A DNA stretch of 29,227 nt from a virus. Taxonomy: Duplodnaviria > Caudoviricetes. The stretch is from positions 1 to 29,227 of the IMG/VR virus record IMGVR_UViG_3300032318_002680; one strand, given 5' to 3'. The position numbers and the translations under genes were made by a program. How positions within the stretch are numbered: position 1 is the stretch's first letter; each line of letters starts with the position of its first letter. Below the pieces are notes generated by a model, which was given only the letters and a program-made list of their open reading frames with translations, was not told the DNA's origin and ran no database searches. Shown one piece after another: positions 8,117-17,098 of this stretch.

Positions 8117-9634
8117 ATGGCAATCCTACTCAACGATAACGTCCAGGTCTACGCGCCGAAGGCCCTAGACAATAGATACGGACCCTACAGCACCCTGGAG
8201 CTGGCAAAGAGTTCTGTTGCCGAGGTCAACAGACACCTCGGCCTGACCGTTGGTATCGGTACGACTCTGATCGTTGAGTACTGGTGGAAGACGGGGATCG
8301 CGGACATCGACCTGGTCCTTAAGACCACGGGAGAAGGGGGTGGCGGTCCCGTTCTGAGCGTAACCGACGCCGGTGGCGATGGGTCGTTGGCTTACAACTC
8401 GGAGACGGGCGCTCTCACGTACACGGGCCCGAGCGCGACGGAAGTCCGGGCCCATCTCAGTGGCGGAACCGGCGTAACGTTCTCAGACGGGCAGATCTCC
8501 ATCGGCCAGGGTGTGGCGACAAACGCGAACGTCGAGTTCGCCAACCTCACTCTCGCCCAACTGCTGACCGTGCAGGGTCAGGCCAGAGTCTCCGATGGTA
8601 CGATTACTACACCGTCCTTCTCATTCACCTCGGAGCCGGGAAGCGGACTGTACCGCTCGGGTCCGGGTAACATCTCCGTCGGGATCGGTGGAGTCAAGAA
8701 GGCCACAGTGAGCGGGTCGGGCCTCGATGTATTCGGTGAGCTGAATCTGCCCGGCGCCTCATTCACCACTACGCTTCAGGCCGTACCGCCGAGCGAGGAT
8801 CGGCTGATCAGCCTTCCCGACCGTAGCGGTACGTTACTCGTGACCAACGAGGCTGGCCTGTTCAGGCTCGACGATCTCAGCGATGTCGATCTTAGCGCAG
8901 GATTGTACGAGAAGGCCACGATCTGCTGGGATGGTGAGACTCAGTCCTGGGTAGTTGGTCCGGATTACTGGTCAAGTGGTCCGGACGGAGAGTTTTTGGA
9001 GACGGGGTATTTAAGCGTAGGTATAGGAAAAACCCCGGCTAATGGCTGGAGCGGGGTTGATATAAATGGCGATGTACGAACCGCAGGCATTGTAAGCGCA
9101 GGAAGGGTTCGCATAGGTTTTGACGATCCGGCCTCTGAGGGTTACGCCACGGTAGTTCACGGATCTTTCAGGTACGCGGTAACTTACTCCCCTGGCGTAC
9201 TGAGCCCGGATAGTAATATCACGGTCTTCGAACTTCCAGGAGACCAAACACAGGCCCCGGAGTTAGCTAAGTCGGTAGATTTTACCATCCAAGTTGAGTC
9301 GTCTGACTTTAAATGCCAGGTGATTAAGCTCTCCGCCATACGGTTTTGGAACGGAACTGCATTCGATGTGAATCAGACTCTGTACGGAAACATTAGCAAT
9401 ATTGAACCGCCTGACGATAAGCTTTACAGCTTTGGCATGGATGAATCTTTTAGTTTGATAGCCTACGCCACCGGTGCCGTAAGTCCGACAGGATCTTACG
9501 TGATCTCTGGCTCTTACTCCTACATAAAACCTAACAGTTTCGCTCCCGAGCCCCCGACCACGTACAACTTCGACTCGACCTGGCTGAACAATAGCAGCCT
9601 GGAATCTATCTACATCACTGGCACGCCAGCATAA
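8117..9634 (+). CDS. Tail fibre protein
   Basis: N-terminal ~69 aa paralogous to 6055; fibre motifs GGDGSLAYN-x-x-TG-x-LTYTGPSA-x-EVRAH, DGT-x-x-x-PS-x-SF...GLYR, DR-x-I-x-LPD-x-SGTL, LDDLSDVD. Confidence 0.75.
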   Translation: MAILLNDNVQVYAPKALDNRYGPYSTLELAKSSVAEVNRHLGLTVGIGTTLIVEYWWKTGIADIDLVLKTTGEGGGGPVLSVTDAGGDGSLAYNSETGALTYTGPSATEVRAHLSGGTGVTFSDGQISIGQGVATNANVEFANLTLAQLLTVQGQARVSDGTITTPSFSFTSEPGSGLYRSGPGNISVGIGGVKKATVSGSGLDVFGELNLPGASFTTTLQAVPPSEDRLISLPDRSGTLLVTNEAGLFRLDDLSDVDLSAGLYEKATICWDGETQSWVVGPDYWSSGPDGEFLETGYLSVGIGKTPANGWSGVDINGDVRTAGIVSAGRVRIGFDDPASEGYATVVHGSFRYAVTYSPGVLSPDSNITVFELPGDQTQAPELAKSVDFTIQVESSDFKCQVIKLSAIRFWNGTAFDVNQTLYGNISNIEPPDDKLYSFGMDESFSLIAYATGAVSPTGSYVISGSYSYIKPNSFAPEPPTTYNFDSTWLNNSSLESIYITGTPA

Positions 9635-9639
9635 GGAGG
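9632..9639 (+). promoter_or_regulatory. Perfect Shine-Dalgarno TAAGGAGG overlapping the upstream stop codon
   Basis: 7 nt before ATG 9647. Confidence 0.8.
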
Positions 9640-9646
9640 ACTAAAA

Positions 9647-11647
9647 ATGCCATCATTTAACTGCGATACTGGGGTAGAGACGCTAGGTCTAGAGGACCTT
9701 AGCGACGGTTGGAAGAACTGCACGGCGATCACCATCTTCCCCACCAAGGACTTCTCCGCTGGCGTCAATTTTAACTCCACGTGGTCAGGTTGCACGAACA
9801 TGGTCTCCATGTCTCCACTCGATGTAGGAAACCAACTCGACCACGTCACATCGTTATCTCGGACTTGGGAGGGATGCTCGAGCCTGGAGACCATAGACTC
9901 CGAAACCCCAATCTGTTTTAACAACTGCACAACGTTCGACCGAGTATGGAAGGGTTGTTCTTCGTTGCTTAGTTTTCCCCACATGGACGTTAGTATAGGT
10001 CAGTACTTCTACGGCACGTGGAAAGATTGCAATTCACTCACCTCCTTCCCACCGCTAGATTTCAGTTCGGCGATAGAGTTGGGCAATGGTACTGTGTTTG
10101 CTGGTGGACCCTGGGAAAATTGTTTTGCCCTGGCAACCTTCCCTCTGATCAATACGTCTTCGGTTACAACTTTCAGGAGAACCTGGCGAAATTGCCCTTT
10201 ACTCACCTCCTTCCCGCAGATAGATACCTCGTCGGCGCTCTATCTTAACCAAACTTGGTTCGGCTGTAGTGGACTAGACGATTTCCCTCTGATAAACACG
10301 AGTTCGGTGATAACGTTTACGGAGGCCTGGTACCTGTGCAACTCGTTGACTTCGTTCCCGGCCATCAATACTAGCGAGGGGCTGAATTTCTTCGGAACCT
10401 GGAGTAGGTGTGGTGGCCTTACATCATTCCCTCTACTGGATTTTAGTAAAGCCTATGACCTTTCCCAGACCTGGAATGAGTGTACTTCACTCACATCGTT
10501 CCCCGAGATAACCCTAAAGCCACCTGGTAGTCCGGGTCAGCAACTCACCGGGTTAGTTTCGACTTGGAGTAACTGCCAAAGCCTGACATCTTTCCCGCTC
10601 CTCGACACATCGGGTATCACGACTTTCTCGCAAACTTGGTTAAATTGTTATGACCTTGCGACCTTCCCGCTCCTCGATACGAGTTTGGGCACCAACTTCT
10701 ACAGGGCTTGGATGAGTTGTTCGTCTCTGACATCCTTTCCCCTAATCGATACGTCTAATGCCACGAACCTTGCCCAAGCATGGCGTGGTTGCAGCGGACT
10801 AACATCATTCCCATCTCTATCTACGAGCAATTGCACCAGCATGGCCGCCTCGTGGGCGGATTGCTCCGGTATAGCTTCTTTCCCCGCTCTCAACACCAGT
10901 CAGGTAACCGACTTTGCAGGGGCCTGGCGGAACTGCAGCAGCCTTACTTCCTTCCCGTCAATCGATACGAGTTCGGGTACCAGTTTTGGCATGAATGACA
11001 CGTTCGGTTTCTTATACGTTGCTGGGGCTTGGCAGGGATGTACCGGTCTGACCTCTTTCCCGGCCCTAGATTTTAGTTCAGCAATCGTCCTCTACGCGGC
11101 TTGGCGCGGATGTACCGGGTTAACCTCGTTCCCAGTGATAGACACGAGCCTGGTGGAAAACTTCGGACTAACTTGGTCTAATTGCACAGGGCTTACGTCT
11201 TTCCCCATCCTAGATACGAGCAGCGGATCTAATTTTGGAGCGGCTTGGTTTGGTTGTACCGGACTAACATCGTTCCCCGCATTAGACCTATTAGCAGGCG
11301 ATTTATTCTACGAGGCGTGGATGGATTGCTCCAATCTGACGACGTTCCCTGCAAATATGTTCGATACCTGCACATCAACCGCTTTCGATAGGGCCTGGCG
11401 TGGCTGCGCTCTTAATTCGCAGAGCGTTGACAACATCCTCGTCTCGCTGGACGTGGCGGGTCGGAGTAACGGTACTGTGCATATCGACGGGGGCACGAAC
11501 TCGTATCCTGGGGCCGCCGGCCTGGCCGCCAAAGCTTCGCTAGAGGCGAGGGGCTGGACCGTGATCATCGCTGACTCCGGGTGGTTCCGGTCATTGGAGG
11601 ATTGGAGGCCAAACATTGACTTTCAGCATGTATGGAGTGAGTCATAA
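9647..11647 (+). CDS. BspA/DUF285-like leucine-rich repeat adhesin
   Basis: 23 W-x-x-C units counted, basic period 24 aa (F-x-x-AW-x-x-C-x-x-LTSFP-x-IDTS), with a C-terminal cap SVDNILVSL...A-x-A-x-L-x-x-RGWTV. Confidence 0.85.
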   Translation: MPSFNCDTGVETLGLEDLSDGWKNCTAITIFPTKDFSAGVNFNSTWSGCTNMVSMSPLDVGNQLDHVTSLSRTWEGCSSLETIDSETPICFNNCTTFDRVWKGCSSLLSFPHMDVSIGQYFYGTWKDCNSLTSFPPLDFSSAIELGNGTVFAGGPWENCFALATFPLINTSSVTTFRRTWRNCPLLTSFPQIDTSSALYLNQTWFGCSGLDDFPLINTSSVITFTEAWYLCNSLTSFPAINTSEGLNFFGTWSRCGGLTSFPLLDFSKAYDLSQTWNECTSLTSFPEITLKPPGSPGQQLTGLVSTWSNCQSLTSFPLLDTSGITTFSQTWLNCYDLATFPLLDTSLGTNFYRAWMSCSSLTSFPLIDTSNATNLAQAWRGCSGLTSFPSLSTSNCTSMAASWADCSGIASFPALNTSQVTDFAGAWRNCSSLTSFPSIDTSSGTSFGMNDTFGFLYVAGAWQGCTGLTSFPALDFSSAIVLYAAWRGCTGLTSFPVIDTSLVENFGLTWSNCTGLTSFPILDTSSGSNFGAAWFGCTGLTSFPALDLLAGDLFYEAWMDCSNLTTFPANMFDTCTSTAFDRAWRGCALNSQSVDNILVSLDVAGRSNGTVHIDGGTNSYPGAAGLAAKASLEARGWTVIIADSGWFRSLEDWRPNIDFQHVWSES

Positions 11648-11691
11648 CTCATGTCTATTTAGCATCTAATTCTCTACCCAACTAACTAACC

Positions 11692-13671
11692 ATGTCTACA
11701 CAGGATTATAGAATAGAAACCGGCCTGGTTGTCAACGGACCCATCACGGCCGATAACGTACCCGGAGCGCTAAGCGATCTGACCGACTTAGATCTGTCGG
11801 GAGGGAAGCAGAATGGCGATTCATTAGTCTGGAATGAAGCGGCGGATAAGTGGATGCCGGGCGCTGTGGACGCTGGGGCCAGTGCGTGGATTTACGTTGA
11901 GGAAACAGGTCCTCCTGATCCGATGCCTTCGCTTGTCTATACCCAGTCCAGAGTAGGTATCGGAACGAACGGTGACCAAAGTTCTGACTACGACTTTGTT
12001 GTCAACGGAGACACCCTGCTCAGCGATGTAAAGATCAGCGGGACCTCATTGATCGGTAATGGAAGTTACGACGATCTAGGGGACATCAGACTCGTACCTA
12101 ACGAGGCGCTGGTTGCACAGGGTCAGTACGTGTACATCAGGCCGACCGCAAACCTGGATCAGACTCACATACACATCGAGGCCGGTAATGTCAACACCGC
12201 CGACCTGTACCTGGGCGACGATGACCGCTACGTGAAGATCGATCATACCGGCCCGGTGAAGATCGGTGTTCCCGGAGCCCCGACTACGTCGAATTGGACC
12301 GCGGACTCAGATGCCGCTGGTGTTTCGTACATATCCATAGAACTGGCCACTTACCCCTGGGCGATCGACCTCACCATCGGCGATACGGTCACGCTGCCCG
12401 ACAATTCGAGCGTTACCATCTCCAATGCGTACTTTGGTAGTGGTTACGCCTACGTCAACGTTGACTCGCCGATAACCTACTCCACCTCCGACGTACTCGA
12501 GTTCACTTACCGGCCCCGGAGCGAGTGGAGCTTCAACCCCGACTCGAGTGCGGAATTCCCCGGCGATCTCACCGCCACTTCTTTTATCGGAGATGGTTCC
12601 GAACTGACCGGTATCGCGCTGGCCGGTCTGGCCGACGTAGACACAACCACTTCACCTCCTTCCACCGGCCAGGGCCTGCTCTGGGACGGTCTGACGAGCA
12701 AGTGGAGGCCGGGTAACGTACCGCAGGGCGATCCAGGTCCAGGGTTTTATTGGCTTGGCACGTATGTAAACGGAAACGGTTATGTCCCCGGTGCTGTGGT
12801 TAAGGCCTCAAATAATAATCTGTACATAGCAACTAATAGCGGGGGTTTGGGAGATCCGGCAACTGGTGCGTCAGGGTGGGACTTATATTTGCCGAAAGGC
12901 AACGCTGGCGACCCCGGTGCCGACGCGCTTTGGAACTTCCAAGGCGCATATAGTGGCGGCCAACTATACGCCGTCGGTGACCTCGTAACCCACGGCGGAG
13001 AATTATGGTACTGCATCGCCAACCTACCAAGTGTCGGCTATGGTCCGTTTGGCGGGTACATTGGTGTCTACTGGACACTACTGGCTGCGAAGGGCGTCGA
13101 TGCGCTCTGGAACTTTACGGGGGCGTATAACGTCGGCCTACCCTACGCCGTAGGAGATGTCGCAACGTACAACGGCGAGACCTGGTACCGTATCGATGCG
13201 CATGGCGGCAATCTTGGCGACACGCCATCCGAGGGGACTTTCTGGACCAAACTCGCGGCGAAAGGCGCTAACGGAGGCGGTGGTGGTGGATCGCTAAGCT
13301 ACACAACCCTCTCCTACACCACGCCTCTACTCGCTGCTGGGGCCACTGACGACATCACCCTGGCTGGAGGTGACGTATTCAACCTACTCGCTATCACCTC
13401 ATCCAACCCAGTGTGGGTAAGGGTATATGGGACCACGGCGGCGCGAAGCGCGGACACCCGCACCCAGCCCGGCGGCATCCCCCCCGGATCGGGCAATGAC
13501 TACTACGCCGAGCTGGTCACAGTGGCGACCCCTCAGACCATACGTTTCTCACCGGTTCCGGTGGTCCAAGGTACTACTGGCAACGCTTACGTGCGAGTCA
13601 AAAACGTTGATAGTTCAGCACGAACGATAACGATCGATTTTACCATTCTAACTCTAATCCTGGAATCCTGA
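11692..13671 (+). CDS. Mosaic long tail fibre protein
   Basis: Two L-x-x-L-x-D-x-D...G-x-x-L-x-W...KW-x-PG repeats, VGIGT motif, short G-x-x collagen-like linkers, three W-x-x-x-G-x-Y...Y-x-x-G-x-x-V modules, C-terminal RSADTR domain shared with 6055. Confidence 0.8.
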   Translation: MSTQDYRIETGLVVNGPITADNVPGALSDLTDLDLSGGKQNGDSLVWNEAADKWMPGAVDAGASAWIYVEETGPPDPMPSLVYTQSRVGIGTNGDQSSDYDFVVNGDTLLSDVKISGTSLIGNGSYDDLGDIRLVPNEALVAQGQYVYIRPTANLDQTHIHIEAGNVNTADLYLGDDDRYVKIDHTGPVKIGVPGAPTTSNWTADSDAAGVSYISIELATYPWAIDLTIGDTVTLPDNSSVTISNAYFGSGYAYVNVDSPITYSTSDVLEFTYRPRSEWSFNPDSSAEFPGDLTATSFIGDGSELTGIALAGLADVDTTTSPPSTGQGLLWDGLTSKWRPGNVPQGDPGPGFYWLGTYVNGNGYVPGAVVKASNNNLYIATNSGGLGDPATGASGWDLYLPKGNAGDPGADALWNFQGAYSGGQLYAVGDLVTHGGELWYCIANLPSVGYGPFGGYIGVYWTLLAAKGVDALWNFTGAYNVGLPYAVGDVATYNGETWYRIDAHGGNLGDTPSEGTFWTKLAAKGANGGGGGGSLSYTTLSYTTPLLAAGATDDITLAGGDVFNLLAITSSNPVWVRVYGTTAARSADTRTQPGGIPPGSGNDYYAELVTVATPQTIRFSPVPVVQGTTGNAYVRVKNVDSSARTITIDFTILTLILES

Positions 13672-13673
13672 TC

Positions 13674-14720
13674 ATGGCTGTTACTAAGCAAACCTACACG
13701 CTCTCGGCAGGCTGGACAGCCTCACAACTGACCGGCATTTACCGGTCGGCGTTCATCGACGCCGGATTGATGACCGAGTGGTACGACTCATTCAACAACT
13801 CAAGTGCTTATTCGGTCAGAGTGCTGGAGGTGGATTACGACCCCACAAAGACCTACGGAAAAACCTACTACGTTTTCTACTTTGAGGGTACAGGCTGGGC
13901 CGGGGTTTCCGTATGCAGCGGGTGGGATGCAACCAACCACGTACCCACTGGGACTCAGTCGCTCGATTACCACGTACCGCCCAACAGTGTTTATACTGTA
14001 AGCCAGAATTTCTTTTCTTCCAGGATCGAGCTTGGCACGAATAGCGGATTAGATTTAAGTCTTGTTCGGTATACATCGGGCGCTGATGTTAACCAGAGTT
14101 GGTTTATGTTGTACCACTCAGGTACTTCTCGTAGCCGGCCTTTTACCATACTGCATCCAAACACCTCGCTCTACTCCTGGCTGGACCTTGACAAGGGAAT
14201 TGTCAGCGGATTTATCGACTTGTATACCTACGCCTCTAGTAGGAATGGATTCTTAAGCTTCAGGATGCCCGAGAACATACGCAGATCACTGCTTACGGGT
14301 TACTCGCTAAGAGGAAGCGTCAACAGTGGCAACGGAAATGGTATTTTCCACAATCTAAACTTTTATACCCACTCTTATGGCGCGCTGGGGTATCAGGATG
14401 ACTCGGGAGGTGCTAACTATTCAAACATAGGTAGTGGTAATCTCGCCTGCACCCTCCTGCCCATAGGATTTTCCAGCACCAACCCAGCCTTTACCTCGGA
14501 CTACGTCCCAATTTGCTCGGGGGTGCCGTGGTCGGCATTTGCATCGACCCCACTGGCTGCTGATTTTGGCATATACATGCACTACGCCAATAACAATATC
14601 ACCCTGCTTGATACATTTGTCGTCAGTTCGGGTGTCGAGGAATGGGAAACCGTAAGCTATGAAAACAATGGCTCCGTCATTAACGGCGCCTCACCCACGT
14701 TCCTGGCGAGGGTGGTGTGA
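13674..14720 (+). CDS. Putative virion/receptor-binding protein, paralog of 6756
   Basis: Clear N- and C-terminal similarity to 6756..7718 and the same genomic context. Confidence 0.7.
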   Translation: MAVTKQTYTLSAGWTASQLTGIYRSAFIDAGLMTEWYDSFNNSSAYSVRVLEVDYDPTKTYGKTYYVFYFEGTGWAGVSVCSGWDATNHVPTGTQSLDYHVPPNSVYTVSQNFFSSRIELGTNSGLDLSLVRYTSGADVNQSWFMLYHSGTSRSRPFTILHPNTSLYSWLDLDKGIVSGFIDLYTYASSRNGFLSFRMPENIRRSLLTGYSLRGSVNSGNGNGIFHNLNFYTHSYGALGYQDDSGGANYSNIGSGNLACTLLPIGFSSTNPAFTSDYVPICSGVPWSAFASTPLAADFGIYMHYANNNITLLDTFVVSSGVEEWETVSYENNGSVINGASPTFLARVV

Positions 14721-14902
14721 TGGCGATATTCAACATCCCCGGCCCGTCGGTTAACCAGAACATCTCAAACCAACTGACCGTGGAGGCCACGGGGGCTACG
14801 AGGTTTAAGGAAATCGCCGCCATGGCCTCTATTTACATACCCCAGACCTCCCCTCCCGAGCCTCCCGTGGTCGGGCAGATCTGGCCGCTGGGATTGGTCT
14901 GA
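14720..14902 (+). CDS. Small virion protein ending in VGQIWP
   Basis: TGATG overlaps at both ends; start placed at ATG 14720 by analogy with the 7718 junction. Confidence 0.6.
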   Translation: MAIFNIPGPSVNQNISNQLTVEATGATRFKEIAAMASIYIPQTSPPEPPVVGQIWPLGLV

Positions 14903-15690
14903 TGTCACCGAATACTCCGCTGGTCGGGCAAGTCTGGCCCCAGGGCCGGCCCCAAGCCTCCCAGAAGAACAGATTCAGAGTTTTGCTGGGTTCCGGATCC
15001 TACGCTCAGACCGGCGTTGCGGCGTCGCTGACCTCGGACCAGATACCGCTCGACCCGTACTTCAACTCCGTGACCCTACTCCTGGATATGGAGGGAGGTG
15101 GATTCACCGACCGCAGTACGCTAAACAAGTCGGTCACTCCGCTGAACGGAGCGGTTACATCGACCGACCTGCCAAAATACGGATCGCGTAGCTTCTACAC
15201 TCCGGGTACCGGTCACTACCTAACCGTACCGTCGGCAGGTGACTTCGTCTTCCCCGGAGACTTTACGGTGGAGACGTGGATATGGGGATCGAACTCTCAA
15301 CCCACTTCCTACCCCACAGTATTCGAGCTGGGCTACTACTACAATGGCCTGCTTTTCAGACCCTACCACAGCGGAGGAGGGTTGTGGATAAATGGCAGCT
15401 CTATCGGCGATTTTAGCTCCTCCGACATACCATACGAGCAGTGGAATCACATCGCGTTTGTTCGTAGCGGGACAAGTTTTGTCTGCTACGTGAACGGGAC
15501 GGTTAATAAGTCGGCTACGATCTCGAACACTATCAACTCGGGTGATGGTGAGATACGAATAGCTAGCTCAACGCACACCTCCGGCCAGCATTTTAAGGGG
15601 TACATAGACGAGTTCAGAGTCACGAAGGGCGTAGCTCGCTACACCGGCCCCTTCACCCCTCCGGCCGCCGCGTTCCCGACTTCGGGCTGA
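14902..15690 (+). CDS. LamG/concanavalin A-like domain virion protein (copy 1)
   Basis: DPYF-x-x-V-x-LLL, GDFTVE-x-W, W-x-HIA-x-VR, YVNG, GYIDEFRVTKGVARYT-x-x-FTPP. Confidence 0.85.
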   Translation: MSPNTPLVGQVWPQGRPQASQKNRFRVLLGSGSYAQTGVAASLTSDQIPLDPYFNSVTLLLDMEGGGFTDRSTLNKSVTPLNGAVTSTDLPKYGSRSFYTPGTGHYLTVPSAGDFVFPGDFTVETWIWGSNSQPTSYPTVFELGYYYNGLLFRPYHSGGGLWINGSSIGDFSSSDIPYEQWNHIAFVRSGTSFVCYVNGTVNKSATISNTINSGDGEIRIASSTHTSGQHFKGYIDEFRVTKGVARYTGPFTPPAAAFPTSG

Positions 15691-15729
15691 TTCCCCTCCA
15701 ACCACTACAACACAACAGAGCTAACATAC

Positions 15730-16146
15730 ATGGCCACTTACAACAAATTCCACTCCTTTGGCAAGAACGTCCACGAGGGTAAGCACAACCTCTCCACCGC
15801 GGTGCTGAGGGTCGCCTTCACCAACACCGCTCCAAGCCCCACCAACCAGACCATCGCGGACATCGCGCAGATCGCGACGGGAGGAGGGTATAATGCCGGC
15901 GGATTTACCCTGCCAGTGGTCTCCTCGACCCAGACTTCCGGCGTTTACAAGCTGGTTGTCCAGGATGTAACATTCACCGCCACTGGCACCTGTGGCCCCT
16001 TCCGTTACGCTGTAATCTACGATTCCAGTTCGGCTGGCGAGCTGCTGATTGGCTGGTACGACTACGGCAGCAATCTGACTCTGGCCAGTGGCGAGTCGCT
16101 GTTCCTCGACTTCAGCGATCCGGGTGGCCTGTTCACTCACCAGTGA
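15730..16146 (+). CDS. Small beta-rich phage structural protein (MA-x-x-NKF type)
   Basis: NKF...HNL...GGY-x-AGG...DVTFTA...GPFRYAVIY...LIGW-x-DYGS...GES pattern recognised from phage tail-associated proteins. Confidence 0.7.
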   Translation: MATYNKFHSFGKNVHEGKHNLSTAVLRVAFTNTAPSPTNQTIADIAQIATGGGYNAGGFTLPVVSSTQTSGVYKLVVQDVTFTATGTCGPFRYAVIYDSSSAGELLIGWYDYGSNLTLASGESLFLDFSDPGGLFTHQ

Positions 16147-16164
16147 ACCGATTCGCCCGTAGTA

Positions 16165-16172
16165 GTTTAAAG
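16165..16172 (+). promoter_or_regulatory. GTTTAAAG motif, candidate late promoter
   Basis: Intergenic, begins 51 nt upstream of GTG 16216. Confidence 0.5.
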
Positions 16173-16215
16173 CTAAGCAGATGACAAACATATCTACCCT
16201 GTCGGAGGTTGGTAA

Positions 16216-17067
16216 GTGGGCTTGAGGTTTGCCTCGACATATACACCGTTATATCCTCCCAACCCTGCTAACGAGGAGTCCTGGACCGATCCGAATACGG
16301 AAAAGGTGTGGTACTACTTTGATGAAGGTGGGTGGATTGAATCGGATCCGTACTGGGAGGACGTAGCACTGCTTCTGCACCTGGACGGTGCGGAGGGGAG
16401 CACGGTATTTACGGATAGCTCGGTGAATAACCTGATCCCGACTCAAGTCTCCGCAGCAACTGATATTACAACTCAGTGGTCAAGGTACGGTACGGGATCC
16501 CTAAACGCATCGGAGATGGTCGGAGAAGAGGAACTGGGTGTTGGGTTGTTCTACGAGGAAGCTCCGGAGTTAAACTTTGCGGGAGGAGATTTTACGGTTG
16601 AATTTTTCCTGAACTTCTCCTTCCCGGATGGGGTGTACGAAGGGGATTCCATTCCGTTCTTTATCTCAGATTCTTCTGTACTTCAAGCAGTAGGTATATC
16701 GTTGAATCACAACGACTCGGGAAACCTCGGCCTCTTCTCCTCCGTGTTTGAGGGGGTAGTCCCGCTCGTCGGTTCGTCCGTCGCACCTACTCAGGGTTCT
16801 TGGCAGCACTACGCTGTGGTGAAAAACGCTGACACCATCACTCTGTACTTGGACGGTGTTAGTGTGTGTTCCGGGTTATACCCCAGCGGGTTCAGTAGTA
16901 GTAACGCTATTTACTTCGGAATGCTCGACGTTTCTCCCACATCAGGCCGCGGCATTTTCATGGACGAGGTCCGGGTGACAATGGGCGTAGCTCGCTACAC
17001 CTCCAACTTCTCACCTCCCACCGAACCGTTCCCTGACTTCCAGGGCGGTCTGGCTCTCCCTGCCTAA
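16216..17067 (+). CDS. LamG/concanavalin A-like domain virion protein (copy 2)
   Basis: GGAGG 7 nt before the GTG; DPYW-x-x-V-x-LLLHLDG, GDFTVEF, WQH-x-AVV, MDEVRVT-x-GVARYT-x-NF. Confidence 0.85.
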   Translation: MGLRFASTYTPLYPPNPANEESWTDPNTEKVWYYFDEGGWIESDPYWEDVALLLHLDGAEGSTVFTDSSVNNLIPTQVSAATDITTQWSRYGTGSLNASEMVGEEELGVGLFYEEAPELNFAGGDFTVEFFLNFSFPDGVYEGDSIPFFISDSSVLQAVGISLNHNDSGNLGLFSSVFEGVVPLVGSSVAPTQGSWQHYAVVKNADTITLYLDGVSVCSGLYPSGFSSSNAIYFGMLDVSPTSGRGIFMDEVRVTMGVARYTSNFSPPTEPFPDFQGGLALPA

Positions 17068-17098
17068 CACTCTCCATCTCTAACTACCTCATCACATC

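Noticed and set aside
9647-11420. CRISPR array or non-coding tandem repeat
   Set aside because: The ~72 nt periodicity is a degenerate protein repeat with synonymous variation, not identical repeats with spacers.
16181-16225. 14-codon ORF just after the GTTTAAAG motif as a leader peptide
   Set aside because: No RBS or distinctive codon content; the GGAGG inside it is better explained as the RBS for GTG 16216.
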